Assembly (NCBI GenBank): GCA_944389095.1
Contig: CALXLC010000023.1
Span: forward strand, 84 to 64,083
Length of the DNA stretch: 64,000 bases
Origin: an uncultured Alphaproteobacteria bacterium
GTDB taxonomy: Bacteria; Pseudomonadota; Alphaproteobacteria; RF32; CAG-239
Direction: 5' to 3'
Shown: positions 38,223 through 46,639 of the stretch, one piece after another
Numbering within the stretch: position 1 is the stretch's first letter
How the letters are laid out: each line of letters opens with the position of its first letter
Notes under the pieces: model-generated
The model's input: only the letters and a program-made list of their open reading frames with translations
The model's database searches: none
Told to the model about the DNA's origin: nothing
Made by a program: the position numbers and the translations under genes

Positions 38223-38275
38223 AAGTTATATGTTTTTAATTTATAATAGAAATAATAATTTTTTGTAAAACTTTT

Positions 38276-39364
38276 TTATCTTTCCGCGAGGGGCGGTTCA
38301 AAAACCTCTCCGCAGATAACCGGTTCGGCGACACCGGTGGTTCCCGGGAAAGTGGATGGCAAATGATGTCGTCTCCGGGCTGCCATATAGGCGAAGGCCT
38401 GCGCCTCTACCGCTTCGGCATTTAGCCCGATATCCTCCGCCGTTTTAAGCTCGGCTTTTTCTATCCGCCGCCGCAGAAACCGCAACAACGACGGATTGCG
38501 GGCACCGCCGCCGCAGATAATGATTTCCCGCGGCATTTCGGGAACATACAACGCCAACGAATAGGCTATGCTTTCGGCAATATACGCCGTCGCGGTGGCC
38601 GCGCCGTCTTCCAGCGACAATCCCTCCAAATGCTCAAGTTTTTCGTTGAACATATTGCGCGAAGCCGCTTTGGGCGGATATTTTCCAAAAAATTTATGAC
38701 GCATCATGCTGGCCAGAACCGGCTCGTTGATTTTTCCGGTAATAGCCAAACGGCCATTATAATCCATATGCTGGCCGCCGTGGCGAAAGACCCAATCGTT
38801 AACGGCCGCGTTGCCGGGACCGGTATCAAAGGCCAGACATTCGCCGTTTGAGCCTATCCAGGTCAGACTGGAAATGCCGCCGATGTTAATAACCACCACC
38901 GGCTTGTCACAACAACCGCTGATGTACTGATGATAGACGGCCGGCAACGGGGCTCCCTGTCCTCCGGCATTAATGTCCGCCGCCCGAAACCGGCTGACGA
39001 CGGGAATATTGACGGCCGCGGCGAGTTCCTGACCGATTTCCACCTCATAGGCTTCGGAAGCGTCTTTTCCGACAATCAGGCCGTGAAACCCTATCAGTTC
39101 AATAGTTTCGGCATAAGAATCTATAATATCCCGGACAACCGAAGCACAAAAATCCGCCAGTTCGGCCCGTAATTCCGGCGAACATCCCCCGCCGGCGTAC
39201 AGACCGCGAAGCCGCTCTCTCAGCGCATCATCATAAGGCACGTTCAAAAAAGGTCCGCGATCATAAACATCAACGCCGTCGGTAGAAATGATTGCCGCTT
39301 TCATGCCATCAAGCGATGAACTGCCAATCAATCCCAAAACCCGCTGTGCCTTGATTGAATCCAT
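38276..39364 (-). CDS. anmK: Anhydro-N-acetylmuramic acid kinase
   Basis: GLIGSSSLDGMKAAII (compare GLMSGTS.DG.D), NIGGISS and GPGN blocks. Length 362 aa. Confidence 0.82.
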   Translation of the reverse strand: MDSIKAQRVLGLIGSSSLDGMKAAIISTDGVDVYDRGPFLNVPYDDALRERLRGLYAGGGCSPELRAELADFCASVVRDIIDSYAETIELIGFHGLIVGKDASEAYEVEIGQELAAAVNIPVVSRFRAADINAGGQGAPLPAVYHQYISGCCDKPVVVINIGGISSLTWIGSNGECLAFDTGPGNAAVNDWVFRHGGQHMDYNGRLAITGKINEPVLASMMRHKFFGKYPPKAASRNMFNEKLEHLEGLSLEDGAATATAYIAESIAYSLALYVPEMPREIIICGGGARNPSLLRFLRRRIEKAELKTAEDIGLNAEAVEAQAFAYMAARRRHHLPSTFPGTTGVAEPVICGEVFEPPLAER

Positions 39365-39448
39365 GATAAAAAATCTGACTCCGTTGTTGCAATGTTTGTT
39401 TATTATGTTAATATGCAGGGGTTAAAATTTAGTATAAGGAAAGGGAAA

Positions 39449-40705
39449 ATGAGCAATTTTAAATCACAGTTTTTGAACATTATGGTCGAACGCGGCTTCT
39501 ACAACCAGTGCACCAACGAAAACGGATTTGATGCCTATTTGTACGAATGCGAAAAAAGCGGGAAACCGGCTGTGGGTTATCTGGGCTCTGACCCTACGGG
39601 AGACAGCCTGCATGTCGGGCATATCGTGCCGCTGATGATGATGCGCTGGTTTCAAAAATGCGGACATAAACCGCTGACGCTGGTCGGCGGCGCAACGGCA
39701 CGAATCGGAGACCCTTCCGGCAAAGACAAGCTGCGTCCGTTTTTGAGCGAGGAAACACTGGCCGAGAACATCAAAGGCCTGAAAAAATCTTTCGGAAAAT
39801 TCCTGAAATTCGGAAACGGCGCCAATGACGCGGTTATGGTCGACAACTGGGACTGGTTTAAAGATATTAATTACCTCGCTTTTTTGCGCGATATCGGCAC
39901 TTATTATTCCGTCAACCGGATGCTGACCATGGAGAGCGTCAAATCCCGTCTTGACCGCGAGCAGCCGATGAGTTTTTTGGAATTTAACTATATGCTGCTG
40001 CAAGGTTATGATTTCTGCGAACTGTATCAAAAATACGGCTGCCGGGCCCAAATTGCCGGGTCTGACCAGTGGGGCAATATTACCTCGGGCACGGAGCTGG
40101 GGCGCCGCAAATATGACGTGGAACTTTTCGGCTTTACCAGTCCGATTATTACCGACGCCTCAGGCAAAAAGATGGGCAAATCCGAAGGCAATGCCGTCTG
40201 GATTAACGAAGAAAAACTGTCTTCTTATGATTATTACCAATACTTCCGCAATATCGGAGATACCGAAGTAGGCAAATGCCTGCGTATTTATACCGATTTG
40301 CCGATGGACGAAATCCGCCGACTGGAAAATCTGAAAGATCAGGAAATCAACGAGGCTAAAAAAATTCTTGCTTTTGAAGCCACCAAAATCTGTCGCGGCG
40401 AAGCGGAGGCCAGAACCGCACAGGATACTGCCGTTCAGGTTTTTGAACAAAGAGCGGCCGGCGGCGACCTGCCTACGCTGGAAGTTGCTTCGGTGGAAGG
40501 GCTGGGAATTTTAGACGCTTTTTTGCAAATCGGCTTTGTGGAAAGCAAAGGCGAAGCCCGGCGCCTGATTAAGCAGAACGGGCTTAAGCTGAACGACCAG
40601 CCGATAACCGATGAAAATTACAAACTTTCCGCCGCCGATATTGTGGACGGACAGATAAAACTGTCACAAGGCAAAAAGAAACACGGACTGGTGAAAGTTG
40701 CCTGA
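39449..40705 (+). CDS. tyrS: Tyrosyl-tRNA synthetase
   Basis: YLGSDPTGDSLHVGH (HIGH), KMGKSEGNAVW (KMSKS) and a C-terminal S4-like domain. Start at the ATG at 39449. Confidence 0.93.
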   Translation: MSNFKSQFLNIMVERGFYNQCTNENGFDAYLYECEKSGKPAVGYLGSDPTGDSLHVGHIVPLMMMRWFQKCGHKPLTLVGGATARIGDPSGKDKLRPFLSEETLAENIKGLKKSFGKFLKFGNGANDAVMVDNWDWFKDINYLAFLRDIGTYYSVNRMLTMESVKSRLDREQPMSFLEFNYMLLQGYDFCELYQKYGCRAQIAGSDQWGNITSGTELGRRKYDVELFGFTSPIITDASGKKMGKSEGNAVWINEEKLSSYDYYQYFRNIGDTEVGKCLRIYTDLPMDEIRRLENLKDQEINEAKKILAFEATKICRGEAEARTAQDTAVQVFEQRAAGGDLPTLEVASVEGLGILDAFLQIGFVESKGEARRLIKQNGLKLNDQPITDENYKLSAADIVDGQIKLSQGKKKHGLVKVA

Positions 40706-40721
40706 TTTTAATGTTTTTTTT

Positions 40722-40752
40722 GAAGACCGGCTTTTATGCCGGTCTTTTTTTG
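40722..40752 (+). terminator. Rho-independent terminator of tyrS
   Basis: aagaccggc-ttttat-gccggtctt followed by T6. Confidence 0.85.
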
Positions 40753-40838
40753 TTGCCAAATATTCGGCTGCGTGTTATAGGAAGTCTTATCTTTTTTATA
40801 GATCTTTCAATTATTAACCTTATTAAAAACTCAGCCTT

Positions 40839-41549
40839 ATGGAAACGACAAAAGAAACTTTTAAGGTGCAGCGTATTTACTCGACCGAAAAAAAGCACAT
40901 CATTATCGGATGCAACCGCGCCAGATTTGATTTGCCGAAAGCAGATTGTTTGTCAAAAATTCCGCCTAAGCTCTATTTTTTTAAAAAGCATGAGGTAACG
41001 GTTGAATATTTGGCTTATTCGCCGGTTGTCATGCGGATGGAAATGGACGGCGTAACCATTTTCAGAGAAAAACAGACGGATTTTTCCGATGAAGGAAAAC
41101 AGGAAACCGCCCGCGCTCTGAATGAATATGATGATACAACGGATGTACTGGAATTTAACACGCCCAATATGCAAAGTTTTTTCCGGGAAAGAGAGGAAAT
41201 TTACCTGACGGCAATGAAACACGTTCCGCAATTGATTCCCAGGGTAAAAATCGAAGAGGATATTATCTCTGCGGCGGGCGCCATGCTTCACGAGAAAGGA
41301 GGTTTCGGCCTGCCGAGCTACAGGGAAGCCATTCATTTTCTGGTTGCTTATGCCGATTTGCCGATGAACGGAAACTTCTTTGTTCGCAGCTGTATCTTGC
41401 AAATGATTGATTTTGCCAGAGCCTATGTCGCGGACTGTCAAAACCGCGCAACTTACGAAACCTCCGAAGTTCTCCGGCTGCCTTCGTTTATTATGCCGGA
41501 AAATCTTACGGACGAAATTATTAAAAGCTATTTTTGCGGCCGCAAATAA
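40839..41549 (+). CDS. Hypothetical protein
   Basis: 236-aa ORF with its own terminator. No family recognised. Confidence 0.5.
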   Translation: METTKETFKVQRIYSTEKKHIIIGCNRARFDLPKADCLSKIPPKLYFFKKHEVTVEYLAYSPVVMRMEMDGVTIFREKQTDFSDEGKQETARALNEYDDTTDVLEFNTPNMQSFFREREEIYLTAMKHVPQLIPRVKIEEDIISAAGAMLHEKGGFGLPSYREAIHFLVAYADLPMNGNFFVRSCILQMIDFARAYVADCQNRATYETSEVLRLPSFIMPENLTDEIIKSYFCGRK

Positions 41550-41564
41550 GGCCTGCCTTTTATC

Positions 41565-41600
41565 TCCCTGCCGATTATCCGCGGCAGGGATATGTTTTTT
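41565..41600 (+). terminator. Rho-independent terminator
   Basis: tccctgccg/cggcaggga stem (41565-41590), then tatgtttttt. Confidence 0.7.
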
Positions 41601-41666
41601 AAAGGGCTTGATATTTGATAAGAGATTTCTTAAATTTAACACAGGCGTTGGAAAGGATTGATTTAA

Positions 41667-42128
41667 ATGGAAACGGAACAGCTCAATTTACCGGAATTAC
41701 GGGATATTCACCTGCCCGAGGGTGTTTCCGCCTGGCCGCCGGCATACGGCTGGTGGGTGATTTTTCTGGGAATTGTTCTGGCCGTGCTGATTTTTCATAT
41801 TGTCAAAGTCATTCGCCGCAAATCCAAAAAGCTTTATGCTCTGCATCTGCTCAAAAACATTTATTGCAACAATACTGTGGCGGCGGTTGTTGAAATGTCT
41901 GCAATTCTGCGGCGTATCTGTGTTTTTAAATATCCCGGGGCGGCAGTTTTGTCCGGAACGCCGTGGCTTGATTTTTTAAACAGCCGCTGCAAGCATAAAA
42001 TCGACGGCAAACCTGCGGAACTCCTGATAAATGCTCCTTATATGAAAGAAGGCGCCAAAGGCTTTTCAAGCGCCGATGTTTTGGCTGTCCGCGCTTTCTG
42101 CCAAAACTGGATAGGAGAAAACCTATGA
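41667..42128 (+). CDS. DUF4381-like membrane protein (Bat-operon leader gene)
   Basis: LRDIHLPEGVSAWPPAYGWWVIFLGIVLAVLIF is the typical DUF4381 opening. Overlaps the next gene by 4 nt. Confidence 0.7.
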   Translation: METEQLNLPELRDIHLPEGVSAWPPAYGWWVIFLGIVLAVLIFHIVKVIRRKSKKLYALHLLKNIYCNNTVAAVVEMSAILRRICVFKYPGAAVLSGTPWLDFLNSRCKHKIDGKPAELLINAPYMKEGAKGFSSADVLAVRAFCQNWIGENL

Positions 42129-43135
42129 CCCAGTTTGCCTGGCCGCTGATGTTTTTGCTGCTGCCGCTGCCGTTTATCGTCAGAGCGGTATTGCCGGCCG
42201 TCAAGGGGCTGCACGGTGACGCGCTGCGTGTTCCTTTTCTGGGAGATTTGGAAAAAATATCCATTAAGTCGGGAAGCCTTTGGAACATGGGAAGCAGTTC
42301 CAATCCTGCAGAGTATTCCAAATTTTTCTGGCTGACATTTTTGGTTTGGCTGCTGCTGGTGACGGCGGCGGCCAGGCCCCAAAAAGTCGGAGAACCGGTA
42401 CGGCTTCCGGCGGAAAGCCGCGACATCATGCTGGTGCTGGATATTTCCAACTCCATGTTGGAACAGGACTTTACACTCGGAAATTATTACATTGACCGGC
42501 TGACCGCCGTCAAAAAAACGGCTGCCGACTTCTTAAAAAAAAGAGCCGATGACCGGGTCGGACTGATTTTGTTCGGAACCAGAGCATATCTTCAGGCGCC
42601 GCTGACCTATGACAAAAAATCAGTTCAGGAAATTATTGCTCTGATGGATGCCGGAATGGCCGGAACCTCAACAGCCATCGGAGACGCTTTGGGACTGGCT
42701 CTGAAAAACATGCGGGACACGCAGGATGCGGATAATAAAATCATCATCCTGCTGACAGACGGCGAAAACAATGACGGCAGCCTTTCTTTGGGGCAGGCCA
42801 TCAAACTGGCGCAAGATGAAAAAATCAAAATTTATACCATCGGCGTCGGCAAACCGGGAGGTTTCTTCGGTTCGCTGATGGGAATAACCTTGGGAGGAAA
42901 TTCCGGACTGGACGAGGCCGGGCTGAAAGCGCTTGCCGCTGCGACCAAGGGCACTTATTTTCGCGCCGAGGATACTGCCGGGCTGCAAAAAATTTACGAT
43001 ACGATTGACAAGCTCAATCCGCGGCTTAATGACGACAGGTTTATTCAGGAAACTTCAGAGTTGTTTTATATCCCCCTGCTGGCGGCTGTTTTGCTGTCGA
43101 TGGGACTGGCCGCGGCGCTGAGGAGGATAAACTGA
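42125..43135 (+). CDS. batA: VWA-domain membrane protein BatA
   Basis: N-terminal W-P-L-L-L-L-P helix, MIDAS DISNSM, LLTDGENN, and a C-terminal TM helix. Confidence 0.8.
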   Translation: MTQFAWPLMFLLLPLPFIVRAVLPAVKGLHGDALRVPFLGDLEKISIKSGSLWNMGSSSNPAEYSKFFWLTFLVWLLLVTAAARPQKVGEPVRLPAESRDIMLVLDISNSMLEQDFTLGNYYIDRLTAVKKTAADFLKKRADDRVGLILFGTRAYLQAPLTYDKKSVQEIIALMDAGMAGTSTAIGDALGLALKNMRDTQDADNKIIILLTDGENNDGSLSLGQAIKLAQDEKIKIYTIGVGKPGGFFGSLMGITLGGNSGLDEAGLKALAAATKGTYFRAEDTAGLQKIYDTIDKLNPRLNDDRFIQETSELFYIPLLAAVLLSMGLAAALRRIN

Positions 43136-44883
43136 TGGGTGAGTTTTGGAATGCATTTCATTTTCTGCGTCCGTGGCTATTACTATTGTTATTCATTCCG
43201 CTGTTATTTTACGGAAGGTATTTCCGCGGCGCCCGCAACCAGTCTTCCTGGGAAAAGGTCTGCGACAAAAACCTGTTGAACTTTCTGTTGATTAAGGGTT
43301 CATCCGCTCAGCGGAAAATTCTCGGCCATTTGGCTTTGACCGGCATGATTGTTGCCATAATCGCCGCCGCCGGCCCCAGCTGGATAAAAACCGAAATTCC
43401 CAGTCTGGCGCCGGAGAATCCGACGATTATGCTGCTGAACCTGTCTTCGGAAATGAAACTGAAGGATTTAACGCCCAGCCGCCTTGACCGTGCCAAATAT
43501 AAGATAAAAGATTTATTGGCCCTGCTTCCGAACGTACAAAAAGGCTTAATCGTTTATACATCAGAACCGTTCATGATTACGCCGCTGACAGATGACGGAC
43601 AACTTATTGACAATCTGCTTCCGGCCGTTACCGAAGATATTATGCCGGCCAACGGTGATCGTCTGGACCGGGCTATTGAGCTGGCGGTGGAAAAATTCCG
43701 CAACGCTTCGTATCAGCGCGGCGAGATTATCGTTTTTGCACCGGATGTCGGCGAGCGTTTTGATTTGGCGCTGGACGCTGCCCAAAAAGCCAAGCAAATG
43801 AATTTTTATGTTAACATTGCCGCAACGACGGCGGAACCCGCGGAAAAACTGCAGATGATTGCGGAAGCCGGCGGCGGTTATTATTGGAATCTGCAAAACG
43901 GCGACAAAACTTTGCAAAAGCTGGCGGCCGAAATCTCCGGTAATCCGGGCGAACTTGAAGAAAGCGCCAACTGGCATACCGTTTGGCTGGATTACGGTTA
44001 TTATCTGCTGGCGGTTCCGATGTTGTGCTGCCTGTATTTTTTCCGTAAAGGGATTTTGGTTTTGCTGCTGTTGGCCGCAACCCCTGCTGAGGCCGGGTTC
44101 TTTCTCAACGGCAATCAGGAGGGGCTGAAACATTTTGAAGCATCCGATTTTCAGGAGGCCAGTCGGCAGTTTACAGATCCTTTATGGAAGGGAGCCGCCT
44201 ATTATCGGCTGGGAGATTATGACAAAGCTTACGAAGAATATGCCAAAGTTTCGGGAGAAACGGCTTTGTATAATCAGGGCAATGCTTTGGCCAAAAGCGG
44301 AAAAACAGATGAGGCCATCAAAAAATACGAAGAAGTGCTGAAAAAGAATCCCAATCATGAGGATGCCAAATTTAACTTGGAATATTTAAAACAACAGCAG
44401 CAGAATCAACAACAATCTTCCGGCAACGATAATCGGGACCAGCAAGATAAAAATCAACAACAACAGCAAAAACAGAATCAGCAACAAAATCAGCAAAATC
44501 CGGAACAACAGCAAAATTCGGCGGCTCAACAGGAGAATAATGACGAAAACAACGGACAAAACCAGCCACCCGAGAATCAAGACGGAAACAATCAGACCAG
44601 CGGAAAACCGCAAGCTGAGCCCGATAACCGGGATGCCTCCGATCCGCAAGAACAAAACGGCAGCAGCCAGCAGCCTTTGCTTGATTCTCAGCCGCAGGAA
44701 AAACAGCCTGAGCGGCAGCATGGCGGCGGCACCCGGACGAAAGAAGAAAAAGTGCCCGAATATAACGAAGAAATGCAGGCCAAGGCCCAGCAATACCGTG
44801 AAATCCCCGAAGATCCCGGCGGCCTGCTGAAAGCAATGATTTACAGGGAATACAAGCTCAATCGTTACGATGAAAAAGGTTAG
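43135..44883 (+). CDS. batB: BatB/BatC-like VWA + TPR fusion protein with a Gln/Asn-rich linker
   Basis: F.FLRPWLLLLL opening, a VWA region and a second TM helix. TPR units follow (AAYYRLGDYDKAYEEY, YNQGNALAKSGKTDEAIKKYEEVLKKNPNHEDAKFNLEY). The C-terminal block is EIPEDPGGLLKAMI. Confidence 0.75.
   Translation: MGEFWNAFHFLRPWLLLLLFIPLLFYGRYFRGARNQSSWEKVCDKNLLNFLLIKGSSAQRKILGHLALTGMIVAIIAAAGPSWIKTEIPSLAPENPTIMLLNLSSEMKLKDLTPSRLDRAKYKIKDLLALLPNVQKGLIVYTSEPFMITPLTDDGQLIDNLLPAVTEDIMPANGDRLDRAIELAVEKFRNASYQRGEIIVFAPDVGERFDLALDAAQKAKQMNFYVNIAATTAEPAEKLQMIAEAGGGYYWNLQNGDKTLQKLAAEISGNPGELEESANWHTVWLDYGYYLLAVPMLCCLYFFRKGILVLLLLAATPAEAGFFLNGNQEGLKHFEASDFQEASRQFTDPLWKGAAYYRLGDYDKAYEEYAKVSGETALYNQGNALAKSGKTDEAIKKYEEVLKKNPNHEDAKFNLEYLKQQQQNQQQSSGNDNRDQQDKNQQQQQKQNQQQNQQNPEQQQNSAAQQENNDENNGQNQPPENQDGNNQTSGKPQAEPDNRDASDPQEQNGSSQQPLLDSQPQEKQPERQHGGGTRTKEEKVPEYNEEMQAKAQQYREIPEDPGGLLKAMIYREYKLNRYDEKG
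44389..44600 (+). repeat. CAA/CAG-rich low-complexity coding tract (poly-Q/N)
   Basis: KQQQQNQQQSSGNDNRDQQDKNQQQQQKQNQQQNQQNPEQQQN... Confidence 0.85.
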
Positions 44884-44899
44884 AAAGATGTGGAGAGTG

Positions 44900-46639
44900 A
44901 TGATGAAAAAATTGTTTTTTGTATTGATTTTGGCTGCGGTTGCGGCAACGGACGCCATGGCTCAGACATTTCAGGCGCGGGTTAACCGCGATGCAATTCC
45001 GGAGGGCGAAACGTTTTTGTTGTCACTGGATTTGGAAGGAGCCAGTACTTCCGACGCGCCGGATTTCAGCGCTTTAGACAAAGATTTTACGGTTTACTCG
45101 GTTTCAAACGCTTACCGCACCAATATTGTCAACGGCAATATGACTCAATCTCAGCAGTGGAATCTGGTGATGATGCCGAAAAAGACCGGAAAACTTACCA
45201 TACCGGCCATTAAGCTGGACAAATGGCAGTCTCAACCCGTGGAAATTACGGTGGCGGCGGCCGGAGAGGAAATCGGTACGGCGCCCGTCTCGCAATCAAC
45301 CAATCAACCCCGCTTTAAAATAGACGCCGCCGTTGACAATACTTCGCCTTATGTCCAGCAGCAGATAAACTATACGCTGACTATTTATGATACCGGCGGG
45401 CTGCAGGGCGAAGAACCGATCTTTACCGGCGGCAGCGATGACTGGATTATCAAAGCCCTCGGGGCACCCGAAATTACAAGCAAAACAGTTGACGGAAAAC
45501 ATCTCAGGGAAATAAAATTCCATTATGCCCTGTTTCCGCAGAAAAGCGGTGAACTGACTATTCCCTCGGCTCGCTTTAACGGTTTTTATCTGACGCGGGA
45601 AAAAAGACGGGATCCGTTCGGCACCCTGTTTAACGACGATTTGTTTATTGCCGGGTTCGGCATGGCCGATATTTTTGCAACGCGCAATCCGGTGGTTCTG
45701 AATACGAAACCCATTAAAATTAACGTTCTGCCCGCTGCCGCGTCAAATAACGGCAACTGGTGGCTTCCGGCTTCCGATGTGGAGCTGTTTGCCCAGTTTG
45801 AACCGGCCAATCCGGTTTTTAAGACAGGAGAAGCCGTCAACCGGACAATTTATCTGAAAGCGGGTGGCGTGGCCGATACCCAACTGCCGGAAATCCGGTT
45901 TGCCTCAACGGAAGGCATGAAACAATATCCGGAAAAACCACAAACCCAGATGACCGTTGAAAACGGAAAAATCGTTTCCGTGGAAAAAATAGCCAATGTC
46001 TATATTCCGCAACAGGCCGGCGAGGCCGAAATTCCGGCGATTGAGGTTCCCTGGTTTAATGTCGGGACAAAGCGCATGGAAAAGGCCGTGCTTCCGGCAA
46101 TGAAAATCAATGTGCTGCCGGGGCTCAGCATGCCGGCCCCGCAACAGCTTCCCGTCACGGAAAATCCGCGGCAGCCGGAAATTTCTGCTCAGCCTTCCGT
46201 TCAACCGGTTGAAGAGGTTAGCGGTATCAAATCCGGCGCGGTTTATTGGATGCTGGGCGGCGCTTTTGCGGCCGGACTGCTTCTCAGCTTTTTGTTGATG
46301 AGGCTTTTTACCGGAAAAACGACCCCGAAACCCCGCAATCATAAAAAACATGTTCTTGAAAAAGCCAGGGAAAAAGATTTACGCGCGCTGCGCGATGCTC
46401 TTTTTGAATGGGCGCGGCACCGTTATCATCGCCGGGACATCAGCAGCCTGAAGGAAATCGAGGATCTGGTAAAGGACTCGCAGTTTGACTGCGAACTCGA
46501 AAAACTTTCCGAAGCCCTTTATGCAAAAGATTCGGCAGACTGGCAAGCCGGCAGTTTTATCAAGGTTTTTGAACGTATAAGTAAAAGAAAGGCCCCAAAA
46601 AAAGATGACAACGCACCGCTCCCAAAACTCTATAAATAA
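44900..46639 (+). CDS. batD: BatD-like oxygen-tolerance protein
   Basis: Signal peptide MMKKLFFVLILAAVAATDAMA, QARVNRDAIPEGETFLLSL opening, a late TM helix (VYWMLGGAFAAGLLLSFLLM) and a cytoplasmic tail. Confidence 0.75.
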   Translation: MMKKLFFVLILAAVAATDAMAQTFQARVNRDAIPEGETFLLSLDLEGASTSDAPDFSALDKDFTVYSVSNAYRTNIVNGNMTQSQQWNLVMMPKKTGKLTIPAIKLDKWQSQPVEITVAAAGEEIGTAPVSQSTNQPRFKIDAAVDNTSPYVQQQINYTLTIYDTGGLQGEEPIFTGGSDDWIIKALGAPEITSKTVDGKHLREIKFHYALFPQKSGELTIPSARFNGFYLTREKRRDPFGTLFNDDLFIAGFGMADIFATRNPVVLNTKPIKINVLPAAASNNGNWWLPASDVELFAQFEPANPVFKTGEAVNRTIYLKAGGVADTQLPEIRFASTEGMKQYPEKPQTQMTVENGKIVSVEKIANVYIPQQAGEAEIPAIEVPWFNVGTKRMEKAVLPAMKINVLPGLSMPAPQQLPVTENPRQPEISAQPSVQPVEEVSGIKSGAVYWMLGGAFAAGLLLSFLLMRLFTGKTTPKPRNHKKHVLEKAREKDLRALRDALFEWARHRYHRRDISSLKEIEDLVKDSQFDCELEKLSEALYAKDSADWQAGSFIKVFERISKRKAPKKDDNAPLPKLYK

